A DNA stretch of 64,000 nucleotides from Acutalibacteraceae bacterium. Its GTDB lineage: Bacteria; Bacillota; Clostridia; Oscillospirales; Acutalibacteraceae. The notes beneath the pieces were generated by a model. That model was not told the DNA's origin. It worked only from the letters and a program-made list of their open reading frames with translations, and ran no database searches. Both the position numbers and the translations under genes were made by a program. The stretch is from assembly GCA_045577815.1 (NCBI GenBank), contig JAZNJB010000006.1, positions 10,332 through 74,331 on the forward strand. The letters are read 5' to 3'. Positions 16,607 through 26,238 of the stretch are shown here, piece by piece; position 1 is the first letter of the stretch, and every line of letters begins with the position of its first letter.

Positions 16607-16622
16607 TCAGATTTAATTTAAA

Positions 16623-16655
16623 ATACCCGACGCAGATTTCTGTGTCGGGTATTTT
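16623..16655 (+). terminator. rho-independent terminator
   Basis: ATACCCGACGCAGA-TTTC-TGTGTCGGGTAT followed by TTTTT. Confidence 0.8.
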
Positions 16656-16704
16656 TATGTCCTGTCACCAATATTATAATTCAGTCATATTATATAAAAA
16701 ACAA

Positions 16705-16854
16705 AGTGATATTCTGCCTATGGCAGAGTGATATTATTACCTTCAGCAATAGTGTTATTGAAACTTTCAGTTTCAGTATTATTTTATTCGCCTTCAACTT
16801 GCAAAGCAAATAACACTATGTGTAGCATAATATCACTGCTTTAGCAATATCACT
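16705..16854. repeat. convergent array of seven 9-mers AGTRWTATT separated by short palindromic spacers
   Basis: Plus-strand copies at 16705, 16727, 16751 and 16775. Minus-strand copies at 16809-16817, 16829-16837 and 16846-16854. Spacers such as CTGCC-TAT-GGCAG and GAAAC-TTTCA-GTTTC are themselves hairpins. Confidence 0.85.
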
Positions 16855-16918
16855 CGCCGTCAGGCGAATAAAACTGAAAAAGTGTCTTCGACACTTTTTC
16901 TATGCGGGAGGTATTTTT

Positions 16919-17245
16919 ATGTTATCTGATATTATTGCTTTGGCTTTGGCGGTAGCCGGTGTAATCTTTATTCTGTTTTCAATAATATTCAAGCTAATGG
17001 TATATAAAGAAAATGGTGTTATTCTCTCCATTCCCTTAAAATCCGATGACAATGAAATTTATAACAGAATAACAAATCTTCGGGAAATTTGCTCGTTTTT
17101 GGGAATACAAAAACAATGCACCATAGCAATTGTAAACTACGGTGCATCAGATTTGTTCATCAATAAACTAAAAAGCTATTTTTCAGAATACGATTTTATC
17201 AACATAATAAATTCAGAAAACCTCATTAAAGAGTTGCATACATAA
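16919..17245 (+). CDS. hypothetical small membrane-anchored protein (108 aa)
   Basis: GGGAGG SD 7 nt upstream of the ATG and one N-terminal TM helix. The 3' end overlaps the convergent argF by 20 nt. Confidence 0.55.
   Translation: MLSDIIALALAVAGVIFILFSIIFKLMVYKENGVILSIPLKSDDNEIYNRITNLREICSFLGIQKQCTIAIVNYGASDLFINKLKSYFSEYDFINIINSENLIKELHT
17106..17147 (-). terminator. rho-independent terminator of the arg operon (embedded in the opposite-strand ORF)
   Basis: Minus strand ATGCACCGTAG-loop-CTATGGTGCAT (11 bp, one G.U that is valid only on the minus strand) followed by TTGTTTTTGT. Confidence 0.65.
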
Positions 17246-18209
17246 CCGCTTTTATTGTGTGCATTCTGTTTTCTGCTTCCTGGAAAACAACAGACTGTTC
17301 ACTTTCGAAAACCTCATCTGTAACCTCCATAGCGGAACGATTGAATTTTTCACACATTCTCTTGCCAATTTCGGTTTTCTTATCGTGATATGCAGGAAGG
17401 CAATGCATAAATATTGCGTTGTCACCTGCATTTTTCATTAACTGTGTATTAACCTGATAGGGTGAAAGCTCGCTGATTCTTTCTGCCCAGACAAGCTCCG
17501 GCTCACCCATTGAAACCCAGACATCTGTGTAAATAACATCTGCATTTTTTGTTGCTTTCTTGGGGTCAACCTCAAATTTGAGAGTTGCACCGCTCTGCTT
17601 TGCAAGCTTCTTGCATATATCAACAAGCTCACTGTCGGGAAAATATTTTTTAGGCGCACAAGCGGTAAAATTAAGACCCATAATAGCGCAACCAACCATA
17701 AGTGAATTACCCATATTATATCTGGCATCACCCATATAAACAAAGTTAATGCCTTTAAGCTTGCCGAATTTTTCTTTGATTGTGAGGAAGTCTGCAAGAA
17801 TCTGTGTGGGATGGAATTCATTTGTAAGTCCGTTCCAGACAGGAACCTTAGAATATTTTGCAAGCTCCTCAACAATTTCCTGCCCGTAACCGCGATATTC
17901 GATTCCGTCATAAATTGAACTGAGAACTCTTGCAGTATCTGCGATACTCTCTTTTCTTCCTATCTGAGATGCATTAGGGTCAAGGTAAGTTACACCCATA
18001 CCCAAATCCCTTGCTGCAACCTCAAAGCTGCAACGGGTTCTTGTGCTTGTCTTTTCAAAAATCAGAGCAATATTTTTGCCTTTAAGTGTATCGTGGGGAA
18101 TCCCGTTTTTCTTTTTCTTTTTAAGGTCTGCCGCAAGATTTATAAGATATTCAATTTCCTCACTTGTGTAATCAAGAAGCTTTAAAAAATCTCTGCCTTT
18201 TAAATTCAT
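17226..18209 (-). CDS. argF: ornithine carbamoyltransferase
   Basis: STRTR, HPTQ and HCLP motifs. Last gene of the arg cluster. Confidence 0.93.
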   Translation of the reverse strand: MNLKGRDFLKLLDYTSEEIEYLINLAADLKKKKKNGIPHDTLKGKNIALIFEKTSTRTRCSFEVAARDLGMGVTYLDPNASQIGRKESIADTARVLSSIYDGIEYRGYGQEIVEELAKYSKVPVWNGLTNEFHPTQILADFLTIKEKFGKLKGINFVYMGDARYNMGNSLMVGCAIMGLNFTACAPKKYFPDSELVDICKKLAKQSGATLKFEVDPKKATKNADVIYTDVWVSMGEPELVWAERISELSPYQVNTQLMKNAGDNAIFMHCLPAYHDKKTEIGKRMCEKFNRSAMEVTDEVFESEQSVVFQEAENRMHTIKAVMYATL

Positions 18210-18211
18210 TT

Positions 18212-19378
18212 TTATACCTCACAAGCCTTTTTTATAATATCTATTGCCTTTTCCAAATCATCAAAAGAAATATTCAAGGGTGGTAAAAGTCTTAATTTAT
18301 TTTTAGCTTTTATGGGTAAAACACCATTCTGCTGACAATATGAAAGAACCTCATTAACATCCTTGACTGTTTCAATTCCAAGCATAAGACCCAAGCCGGT
18401 TATACCCTTAACACCCTCGCAAGAGGAAAGTGTTTCAATAATATATTGACTTTTCTTTTCAACATCTGAAAGGAAATTTTCGTCAAGCCTTTTTATAATA
18501 CTTATTGCTCCTGCACAAGAAACAGGGTTGCCACCAAAGGTTGAGCCGTGAGAACCGGGTGTGTAAACATTTTCGGTTTTCTCGAAGAGCATTGTAGCAC
18601 CCAAAGGAAGACCTCCGCCGATACCCTTTGCAGTTGAAACAATATCGGGATTTATTCCGTATTTCATATAGCCGTAAAGAGCACCGGTTCTTCCGTTACC
18701 GGTCTGAACCTCGTCAACAACAAGAAGAACATCGTTTTCTTCTGCTAATTCTGAAAGTCCTGAAACAAATTCCTTGGAAAGAGGAACAACTCCGCCCTCG
18801 CCTTGCACGGTTTCAAACATAATGGCAGCAATTTTTTCTTCTTTTATATATTTTTCAATTGTTTCCAAATCATCTGCATCTGCATATAGAAAGCCATCAG
18901 TCAGGGGAAGAAAATCCTTATGGAATGTATCTTGCCCTGTTGCTGCAAGAGTTGTTATTGTTCTGCCGTGAAAGCTGTTGTTAAGGGTTATGATTTTATA
19001 ATAATCTGCACCCTTTTTCTCTGCCGCATATTTTCTTGCGGCTTTTATGGCACATTCATTGGCTTCTGCGCCTGAATTCGAAAAGAAAACCTTTTTTGCA
19101 CCTGTTTTAGTGCAAAGAAGCTCTGCAAGCTTAGCACAAGGACTTGTGTAATAAAGGTTTGATGTATGCTGAAGAGTTGTAAGCTGTTCGGTTACAGCCT
19201 TAACCCATTCTTCATCGCCTACGCCAAAGGCACTAACACCTATACCTGTGCCCATATCAATATATTCTTTACCTTCGCTATCATAAAGATAACTGCCTTT
19301 ACCCGAAACCAATTCAATTGGAAAACGGGCATAGGTATTGGCAACATATTGTTTATCAAGTTCTTTAATACTCATCAA
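18212..19378 (-). CDS. argD: acetylornithine aminotransferase (class III PLP)
   Basis: Class-III aminotransferase sequence (DEVQTG, STAKG lysine region) within the arg operon. Confidence 0.9.
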   Translation of the reverse strand: MMSIKELDKQYVANTYARFPIELVSGKGSYLYDSEGKEYIDMGTGIGVSAFGVGDEEWVKAVTEQLTTLQHTSNLYYTSPCAKLAELLCTKTGAKKVFFSNSGAEANECAIKAARKYAAEKKGADYYKIITLNNSFHGRTITTLAATGQDTFHKDFLPLTDGFLYADADDLETIEKYIKEEKIAAIMFETVQGEGGVVPLSKEFVSGLSELAEENDVLLVVDEVQTGNGRTGALYGYMKYGINPDIVSTAKGIGGGLPLGATMLFEKTENVYTPGSHGSTFGGNPVSCAGAISIIKRLDENFLSDVEKKSQYIIETLSSCEGVKGITGLGLMLGIETVKDVNEVLSYCQQNGVLPIKAKNKLRLLPPLNISFDDLEKAIDIIKKACEV

Positions 19379-20244
19379 TCCAACCCCTTAACGAGTGTAC
19401 CTGCACCCTCATCGGTGAGCAATTCAAGAAGAAGTGCGTGAGGAACGCGACCATCAAGAATTGTTACTCTTCTTACACCCTTTTCAATCGCTTCAATACA
19501 GCATTCTACCTTGGGAATCATACCGCCTGAAATAATGCCGTCTGCAAATAATTGACGTGCTTCATCGGTAGTAACTCTTTTAATAATTGAATCAGGGTCA
19601 TTAACATCTCTTAAAATGCCGGGAATATCGGTCATTGTAATAAGTCTTTCCGCCTTCATAGCCCCTGCTATAAAGGAGGCTGCAGTATCTGCATTGATAT
19701 TATAAACATTACCCTCTTTATCGCAGCCTACTGTTGAAACAACAGGAATATATTCCTTTTCAATAAGGTCGAGAATTGGTTGAACATTTACATTAGTAAT
19801 TTCACCAACGAAACCAAGTCTTTCGTCCTTAACCTTTGCTTCAATAAGGTGGCCGTCAATACCTGAAATACCAACTGCATTACCACCAAATTCACCTAAA
19901 AGGTTAACAAGCTGTTTGTTAATTTTACCTGCAAGAACCATCTGAACAATTTCTGCAGTTTCCTTGTCAGTTACGCGCAACCCATCAACGAACTCACTCT
20001 GCTTGCCCACTTTTTTGAGCATATCAGAAATTTCAGGACCACCACCGTGAACAAGCACAGGCTTGACACCAATGAGCCAGAGAAGAACAAGGTCTTCCAT
20101 AACCTGAAGCTTAAGCTCTTCGCTTATCATTGCATTTCCGCCGTATTTGACAACAATAATTTTGTTATGATATTTCTGAATATATGGGAGTGCCTGAGTA
20201 ATAACCTCTGCACGTTGAAGATTTGTAATATTCAAATTTTCCAT
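19375..20244 (-). CDS. argB: acetylglutamate kinase
   Basis: VVKYGGNAM, HGGGP and amino-acid-kinase fold motifs. 4-nt overlap with argD. Confidence 0.93.
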   Translation of the reverse strand: MENLNITNLQRAEVITQALPYIQKYHNKIIVVKYGGNAMISEELKLQVMEDLVLLWLIGVKPVLVHGGGPEISDMLKKVGKQSEFVDGLRVTDKETAEIVQMVLAGKINKQLVNLLGEFGGNAVGISGIDGHLIEAKVKDERLGFVGEITNVNVQPILDLIEKEYIPVVSTVGCDKEGNVYNINADTAASFIAGAMKAERLITMTDIPGILRDVNDPDSIIKRVTTDEARQLFADGIISGGMIPKVECCIEAIEKGVRRVTILDGRVPHALLLELLTDEGAGTLVKGLD

Positions 20245-20248
20245 TTTA

Positions 20249-21463
20249 TCACGTCCTGTAATCCCCGTTGATTTTTACATATTCATAAGTAAGGTCGCAA
20301 CCCCAGGCAGTTGAAGAATAATCGCCTGAATTAAGACCAACATTTATAATAATTTCTTTTTCGAGAAGAATTTCTTTTGCTTTTTCCTCAGAAAATTCAA
20401 TTCCTGCACCATTTTCACAAACAGGAATGATACCCTTTGCAGATTCAAATGAAACATCAACCTTTGTTACATCAACCTCTGCACCGCTATAACCGATTGC
20501 ACAAAGCACTCTGCCCCAGTTGGCATCTGCACCAAACATAGCTGCCTTTGTAAGCGATGAGCAAATAACACTCTTTGCAACTGTTTTGGAAGTTTCCTCA
20601 TCACTTGCACCTGTTACACGGCATTCAAGGAGCTTTGTTGCACCCTCACCGTCACCTGCAATCATTCTGCAAAGGTGAACAGTCACTGTGTTAAGGGCTT
20701 TCATAAATGCATCAAAATCCTCGCCCTCTGCGATGATTTCCTTATTTCCTGCCATACCGTTTGCAAGCACGCAAACCATATCGTTTGTTGAGGTATCTCC
20801 GTCAACGCTTACCATATTGAATGTGTTCTGAATGTCGGAAGAAAGTGCTTTCTGAAGCATTTCGGGCGCGATTGCAGCATCACTTGTAATAAACACAAGC
20901 ATTGTTGCCATATTGGGATGAATCATACCGCTACCCTTTGCAATACCACCGATTTTGCATTCTACTCCGCCAATTTCAAAGGAAACTGCAACCTCTTTTT
21001 TAACAGTATCGGTTGTCATAATACCCTCTGCGGCATATTCGCTATTGTTGTCGCCAAGAGCATCCTTGAGTTCAGGAAGAGCATTTTTAATAGGTGTGAT
21101 ATCAAGAGGTTGACCAATAACACCTGTGGAAGCAACAACTATATCTTCTTTATCAATGCCAAGCTCTTCTGCAGTAAGTCTTGCCATTTCCTGTGCTACC
21201 TGAATACCATCTGCATTACAGGTATTTGCATTACCGCTATTGCAGATAACTGCTTGTGCCTTGCCGTCCATAAGGTGCATTTTTGTTACTGCCAAGGGTG
21301 CGCCTTTAACAAGATTGGTTGTATATACTGCCGCTGCACTTGCTTTCTTTTCACTAAAAATAAGTGCAAGGTCGCGCTTAGTTTTATTTTTTCTGATACC
21401 GCAGTGAACACCACTTGCAGTAAAGCCTTTTGCGGCACAAACACCGCCATTAATGAATTCCAT
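20249..21463 (-). CDS. argJ: bifunctional ornithine acetyltransferase / N-acetylglutamate synthase
   Basis: GGVCAAKGF N-terminus and the ATML autoproteolysis site region (PNMATMLVF). Confidence 0.93.
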   Translation of the reverse strand: MEFINGGVCAAKGFTASGVHCGIRKNKTKRDLALIFSEKKASAAAVYTTNLVKGAPLAVTKMHLMDGKAQAVICNSGNANTCNADGIQVAQEMARLTAEELGIDKEDIVVASTGVIGQPLDITPIKNALPELKDALGDNNSEYAAEGIMTTDTVKKEVAVSFEIGGVECKIGGIAKGSGMIHPNMATMLVFITSDAAIAPEMLQKALSSDIQNTFNMVSVDGDTSTNDMVCVLANGMAGNKEIIAEGEDFDAFMKALNTVTVHLCRMIAGDGEGATKLLECRVTGASDEETSKTVAKSVICSSLTKAAMFGADANWGRVLCAIGYSGAEVDVTKVDVSFESAKGIIPVCENGAGIEFSEEKAKEILLEKEIIINVGLNSGDYSSTAWGCDLTYEYVKINGDYRT

Positions 21464-21465
21464 AG

Positions 21466-22398
21466 TTATATCTCCAGATTATAAGTATCTTCATTTCCTA
21501 AAACAATATTGAGACATTCAACTGCCGCACCCGATGCACCTTTACCAAGGTTATCGTATCTTGCAGTGAGAATAATTCTGTCTTCATTTCCGAAAACGGA
21601 AATAATCATATTGTCCTTCCCTGAAAGAAGACCTGCGGAAATGAAACCCTCTTCATTTAAATTTTCTTCATATTTCACAAGAGGTCCGTTATATTTGTTT
21701 TTGTAAATTTCTTTTATTTTTTCAATATCAAAGCCATTTTTCAAATCGCTTTTGAACACGGGAACAGTTACTTCCATACCCGAATAGAAATCCCCAACAA
21801 TGGGACAGAATGCAGGAGCACTCTCAAGTCCTGAAATCTTAACCATTTCTTTTAAGTGCTTGTGGTTCTGGGTAAGTCCGTATTGACGGGGAGCGCCTAA
21901 AAGCTCATCCGGCTCTTCCTCGTACTCTGCAATCATTTTTTTACCGCCACCGCTATATCCTGTAAGCGAAAAGCAGGAAAGATTTTCTGTGCCATCCAAT
22001 GCACCTGCTTCAATAAGTGGATAAACAAGAGAAATAAATCCGCTTGCATGACATCCGGGAACGGCTATTCTTTTTGAATTTTTAATTTTATTTCTATGAG
22101 CAGGAGAAAGCTCTGCAAACCCATAAGCCCAGGTCTCAAGAGTTCTGTGAGCAGTTGAGGTATCAATTACAACTGTATTCTCATTCTCTATAAGAGAAAC
22201 TGATTCTCTTGCCGCATCATCGGGAAGACAAAGGAAGGCAATATCTGCACTGTTAAGTGCTTCCTTTCTGCTTTCTCTGTCTTTTCTTTTTTCTTCTGAA
22301 AGACTTATAAGCTCAATACCTTCAAACTGCTCGAGCCTTTCATATATTCTCAAACCGGTTGTTCCGGCTTTACCATCAATAAATACTTTCTTTGCCAT
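21466..22398 (-). CDS. argC: N-acetyl-gamma-glutamyl-phosphate reductase (short form)
   Basis: GKAGTTG Rossmann motif and the PGCHASG active-site Cys. Confidence 0.9.
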   Translation of the reverse strand: MAKKVFIDGKAGTTGLRIYERLEQFEGIELISLSEEKRKDRESRKEALNSADIAFLCLPDDAARESVSLIENENTVVIDTSTAHRTLETWAYGFAELSPAHRNKIKNSKRIAVPGCHASGFISLVYPLIEAGALDGTENLSCFSLTGYSGGGKKMIAEYEEEPDELLGAPRQYGLTQNHKHLKEMVKISGLESAPAFCPIVGDFYSGMEVTVPVFKSDLKNGFDIEKIKEIYKNKYNGPLVKYEENLNEEGFISAGLLSGKDNMIISVFGNEDRIILTARYDNLGKGASGAAVECLNIVLGNEDTYNLEI

Positions 22399-23767
22399 TG
22401 ATAAACTCCGTTACCTGCTGAATTTGTTTTTCTACTGATTTATAACCTGTTGAACCTGCAGAAATTCTTTTTGCAATACAGGTTTCAAGTGAAATTTCAT
22501 TAAATAAATCTTCTTCAAAGAGGTCGCTGTGTGCCTTATATTCCTCGAGAGAGAGAGTATCAAGAACCTTGTTCTTTTCAATACATTCTGCAACAGTCTG
22601 ACCAACAATTTTATATGCAGTTCTGAAAGGCATACCCTTTTTAACAAGGTAATCTGCAAGGTCAGTTGCATTGATAAAGCCCTTCTGTGCCGCAGAATAC
22701 ATATTCTCTTTGAGAACTGTCATTGTAGCAATCATAGGAGCAAAAATGCTCAGGCATTTTTCAACAGTTTCAATACTGTCAAAAATTGCTTCCTTATCTT
22801 CCTGCATATCCTTGTTATATGCAAGAGGAAGTCCCTTAAGAGATGTAAGAAGAGCGAAAAGGTCGCCGTAAACTCTACCTGTTTTACCACGTACCAGCTC
22901 TGCCATATCGGGATTTTTCTTCTGAGGCATAATGCTTGAGCCTGTGGTATATGCATCGTCAAGCTCAACGAATTTGAATTCCCATGAAGACCAAAGAATA
23001 ACCTCTTCAGAAAATCTTGAAAGGTGCATCATAATAACTGAAAATGCACTCATAAGCTCAACACAGAAATCCCTGTCAGAAACACCGTCAATACTGTTCT
23101 GCATAATTCCGTAGAAGCCTAATTTTTCTGCTTCAAACTCTCTGTCTGTATCATAAGTTGTACCTGAAAGAGCGCAAGAGCCGAGAGGAGAATAATTCAT
23201 TCTCTTAACCGCATCCTGAAGTCTTCCGCAGTCACGCATAAACATCTGGGCATAAGCAAGCAAATGGTGAGCAAATGTTATAGGCTGTGCTCTCTGAAGA
23301 TGAGTGTAACCGGGAAGAATTGCATCCTGATTTTCGGAAGCCTTATCCTTGATTACCTCAATAAGAGCATAAAGCAAATCATTTACTTTTTCGGCTTCAT
23401 CACGAAGATAAAGTCTGATATCAACTGCAACCTGATCATTACGGCTTCTTGCAGTGTGAAGACGCTTACCAACATCGCCTTTTCTCTGCGTAAGCTCGCT
23501 TTCGATAAACATATGAATATCTTCCGCATCACTGTCAAAGGTAAGCTTACCCTCTTCAATATCTTCAAGAATACCTGTAAGACCATCAATTATTTCTTCG
23601 CAGTCATTTTCAGTAATAATGCCCTGTTTTGCAAGCATCTGAGCATGTGCTATTGAACCGCCGATATCCTGACGGAACATTTTGCAGTCAAAGTGAAGAG
23701 ATGAATTAAAATCGTCCGCTTCCTTATCAAGAGCTTTTGTAAATCTGCCTGCCCACATTTTATCCAT
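22376..23767 (-). CDS. argH: argininosuccinate lyase
   Basis: MWAGRF N-terminus and GSSIMPQKKNPD fumarate-lyase signature. 23-nt overlap with argC. Confidence 0.95.
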   Translation of the reverse strand: MDKMWAGRFTKALDKEADDFNSSLHFDCKMFRQDIGGSIAHAQMLAKQGIITENDCEEIIDGLTGILEDIEEGKLTFDSDAEDIHMFIESELTQRKGDVGKRLHTARSRNDQVAVDIRLYLRDEAEKVNDLLYALIEVIKDKASENQDAILPGYTHLQRAQPITFAHHLLAYAQMFMRDCGRLQDAVKRMNYSPLGSCALSGTTYDTDREFEAEKLGFYGIMQNSIDGVSDRDFCVELMSAFSVIMMHLSRFSEEVILWSSWEFKFVELDDAYTTGSSIMPQKKNPDMAELVRGKTGRVYGDLFALLTSLKGLPLAYNKDMQEDKEAIFDSIETVEKCLSIFAPMIATMTVLKENMYSAAQKGFINATDLADYLVKKGMPFRTAYKIVGQTVAECIEKNKVLDTLSLEEYKAHSDLFEEDLFNEISLETCIAKRISAGSTGYKSVEKQIQQVTEFINGKESIY

Positions 23768-23785
23768 AGTAATTTATACCCTTTC

Positions 23786-23830
23786 AAAAACTACTTTTGC
23801 ACATTCGGAAAAAGCACCGAATGTGCAAAG
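23786..23830 (-). terminator. strong hairpin plus T-run between argG and argH (internal attenuator or processing site)
   Basis: Minus strand TTTGCACATTCGG-loop-CCGAATGTGCAAA (13 bp) followed by AGTAGTTTTTG. Only about 25 nt remain before the argH start. Confidence 0.45.
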
Positions 23831-23885
23831 TAAATAAATATCGATTAAATTATTTTATTTATAATCGCCGACCGCAGGTCCCGAA

Positions 23886-23913
23886 ATTCCTCATTCCGAA
23901 TTCCGAATTCCGC
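23886..23913 (-). repeat. heptanucleotide tandem array (minus strand TGCGGAA TTCGGAA TTCGGAA TGAGGAA) starting right after the argG stop
   Basis: Read directly. Same word and same sense orientation as the arrays at 5233 and 10186. Confidence 0.9.
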
Positions 23914-23914
23914 A

Positions 23915-25156
23915 TTATTCTCCGAGATTTGCAAGACCTGCTTTATCTCTCATGTTTGCCATAACCTTGATGGGAAGACCGTAAAGGTTGATAAATCCTG
24001 CACTATCCTTCTGGTCATAAACCTCATCCTCATCAAATGTTGCCATATCTGCATCATAAAGTGAGTAAGGTGAGCAAACGCCTGCGTTAATCATATTACC
24101 CTTGTAAAGCTTAAGCTTAACATCACCTGTAACAGTTTCCTGAGTTGAATCAACAAAAGCAAGAATTGCCTTTGTGAGAGGTGTGTACCACTGAGCATTG
24201 TAGGTAAGCTCTGCAAGCTTCTGAGCAACAAGAGCTTTATAATGTGCTGTTTCTTTATCGAGGCAGATTGTTTCAAGAACTGCGTGTGCTTTATAAAGAA
24301 TTGCTCCACCGGGAGTTTCATAAACACCACGGCATTTCATACCAACAAGTCTGTTTTCAACGATATCAAGAAGACCGATACCATTTGCGCCACCAAGCTC
24401 GTTAAGCTTTGTAACAAGCTCAACTGCACCCATTTCAACACCATCAACTGCTGTGGGAATACCTTTTTCAAAGTGAATTGTAACGTAAGTGGGTTTATCG
24501 GGAGCCATTTCGGGAGAAACACTCATTTCAAGGAAGCCTTCCTTGTTGTAAAGAGGCTCGTTCATCGGGTCTTCAAGGTCAAGACCCTCGTGAGAAAGAT
24601 GCCAGATATTTTTATCTTTTGAGTAGTTTGTTTCTCTGTTAATTTTGAGAGGAACATTATGTGCTTCTGCGTAAGCAATTTCTTCTTCTCTGGATTTGAT
24701 GTCCCATTCTCTCCAGGGAGCAATAATAGGCATATTGGGAGCAAATGCTTTGATAGCAAGCTCAAATCTTACCTGGTCGTTACCTTTACCGGTACAACCG
24801 TGGCAGATAGCATCTGCACCTTCAGCAATAGCAATTTCTGCAATTCTTTTTGCAATGGGAGGACGAGCGAAAGCAGTACCTAAAAGATATTCTTCATAAA
24901 TTGCACCTGCTTTAAGACCGGGGAATACATAATCCTCAAGAAATTCTTTTGTAAGGTCTTCAATATAAATTTTTGAAGCGCCTGTTGCGATAGCTTTTTC
25001 TTCAAGGCCTTCAAGCTCACTTGCCTGACCAACGTTACCGGAAACTGCAATAACCTCGCAGTTGTTATAATTTTCTTTAAGCCAGGGGATGATAATTGAT
25101 GTATCAAGACCACCTGAGTAAGCAAGAACTACCTTCTTAATGTTTTTCTTATCCAT
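23915..25156 (-). CDS. argG: argininosuccinate synthase
   Basis: [15 protein letters not shown]-PPase motif. Start moved to ATG 25156 (GGAGGA 7 nt upstream). Confidence 0.95.
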   Translation of the reverse strand: MDKKNIKKVVLAYSGGLDTSIIIPWLKENYNNCEVIAVSGNVGQASELEGLEEKAIATGASKIYIEDLTKEFLEDYVFPGLKAGAIYEEYLLGTAFARPPIAKRIAEIAIAEGADAICHGCTGKGNDQVRFELAIKAFAPNMPIIAPWREWDIKSREEEIAYAEAHNVPLKINRETNYSKDKNIWHLSHEGLDLEDPMNEPLYNKEGFLEMSVSPEMAPDKPTYVTIHFEKGIPTAVDGVEMGAVELVTKLNELGGANGIGLLDIVENRLVGMKCRGVYETPGGAILYKAHAVLETICLDKETAHYKALVAQKLAELTYNAQWYTPLTKAILAFVDSTQETVTGDVKLKLYKGNMINAGVCSPYSLYDADMATFDEDEVYDQKDSAGFINLYGLPIKVMANMRDKAGLANLGE

Positions 25157-25179
25157 TTTTATTTCCTCCATTTGCAAGA

Positions 25180-25197
25180 TTTGCAAAAATATTCATT
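25180..25197 (-). promoter_or_regulatory. putative ARG box (ArgR/AhrC operator) overlapping the transcription start region
   Basis: Minus strand AATGAATATTTTTGCAAA resembles TGAAT-wwww-ATTCA. More ATGCAT(A)-type half sites lie at 25201-25208, about 25338, 25378-25396 and 25418-25425, and TGAATAAATAATTTC at 25244-25258. Confidence 0.4.
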
Positions 25198-25208
25198 CGA
25201 TATGCATA

Positions 25209-25237
25209 GTTATACACCTTCGGCACAAAAAAGTCAA
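25209..25237 (-). promoter_or_regulatory. putative sigma-A promoter of the arg operon
   Basis: Minus strand TTGACT, 17-nt spacer, TATAAC. Confidence 0.55.
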
Positions 25238-25430
25238 CCTTTTTGAATAAATAATTTCGTTTTTATTTATTTTTGACCATTTGCAACAAAAACCCTTGTT
25301 TTGTTTATATTTTTTGTGTATTTTTCAGTACAAATTTATGCAAAAACATCCATATCTATAATGTAATATATATTAATATGCATTTTTGTATGCATGTTTT
25401 GTATATTATTCACTTTTTATGCATAAAATA

Positions 25431-25462
25431 CAAAAACCACCACTTTATATAATAAAGTAGTG
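25431..25462 (-). terminator. rho-independent terminator of the 25485..25919 gene
   Basis: Minus strand CACTACTTTA-loop-TAAAGTGGTG (U.G only on the minus strand) followed by TTTTT. Confidence 0.65.
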
Positions 25463-25484
25463 ATTTCAATAAACATAGCTGTTT

Positions 25485-25919
25485 TTATATAAGGCATAAA
25501 GCTTTTTCAATTTTTCTTTTTGCAAATTTTGAACTAATCCACAAGCCTGAATATGCGAAAGCTATAGTAAAAATAAAAAATATCACACAAGTTAACAATA
25601 CTCCAAAATCAAAATCTAAAATTAATAGAATAAGAAAAACGGCTAAAACAAACCACATTAAATATATAATCCTTTTTACTGATTTCTCCAAAGAGAAGTT
25701 ACAAATTAATGTAGAATTGTCAATGTTTTTTTCACAAGAAATCTTTATTTTAGGAATGAAGGAATTATAATAAAGGCTGATTTTGCGTTTATGCGGAACT
25801 GCAATTATAACATTATCAGAAAGAGCAACATCATAATCTTCAAATACAGATGCAATTATAGAACAAAGTTTTTCTGTATCAATATCTCTGCAGTTTATTT
25901 TCTGATTAATTTGAAACAT
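25485..25919 (-). CDS. hypothetical membrane protein
   Basis: AT-rich ORF with two C-terminal TM helices. ATG 25919 preferred (AAGAGGTG 9 nt upstream). Confidence 0.55.
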   Translation of the reverse strand: MFQINQKINCRDIDTEKLCSIIASVFEDYDVALSDNVIIAVPHKRKISLYYNSFIPKIKISCEKNIDNSTLICNFSLEKSVKRIIYLMWFVLAVFLILLILDFDFGVLLTCVIFFIFTIAFAYSGLWISSKFAKRKIEKALCLI

Positions 25920-26065
25920 ACTTTCAAGCACCTCTTTCTATGCTGTTAGCAACCAGATTATATCACTCGCAAATTTAATTGTCAATTTTGCATTTTAATA
26001 GAAAAAGGCAATAAAAATACAAAATAATATTCGCAATACTTTTAATTTATTCAGAAAACGACAAC

Positions 26066-26090
26066 GGAACGGTCAAGACCGTTCCCTACA
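26066..26090 (-). repeat. GTAGGG-flanked hairpin (family 1, copy d; same stem as copy a)
   Basis: Reverse complement TGTAG GGAACGGT CTTG ACCGTTCC. Confidence 0.9.
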
Positions 26091-26114
26091 TTGTTCTTGG
26101 TTAGATTGTTCTGT

Positions 26115-26138
26115 GGTACAGGCAAGCCTGTACCTTAC
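26115..26138 (-). repeat. GTAAGG-flanked hairpin (family 1, copy e; same stem as copy c)
   Basis: Reverse complement GTAA GGTACAGG CTTG CCTGTACC. Confidence 0.9.
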
Positions 26139-26169
26139 GGTTTTGTTGCGTTTTGTCAAGCTCCGGCGA

Positions 26170-26204
26170 CTGGCATCTGGCATCTGGCATCTGGCATCTG
26201 GCAT
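26170..26204. repeat. heptanucleotide tandem array CTGGCAT x5
   Basis: Five perfect copies read directly, abutting the terminator of the YabE-like gene. Confidence 0.95.
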
Positions 26205-26233
26205 CTAAAAAACGCCCGACAAAGTCGAGCGTT
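26205..26233 (-). terminator. rho-independent terminator of the YabE-like gene
   Basis: Minus strand AACGCTCGAC-TTTG-TCGGGCGTT followed by TTTTTT. Confidence 0.75.
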
Positions 26234-26238
26234 TTTGA

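Noticed and set aside
26170-26204. Heptamer arrays, or the 9-mer array at 16705-16854, as CRISPR arrays
   Set aside because: The repeat units are 7-9 nt, far shorter than CRISPR repeats. The heptamers have no spacers at all, and no cas genes or leader are present.
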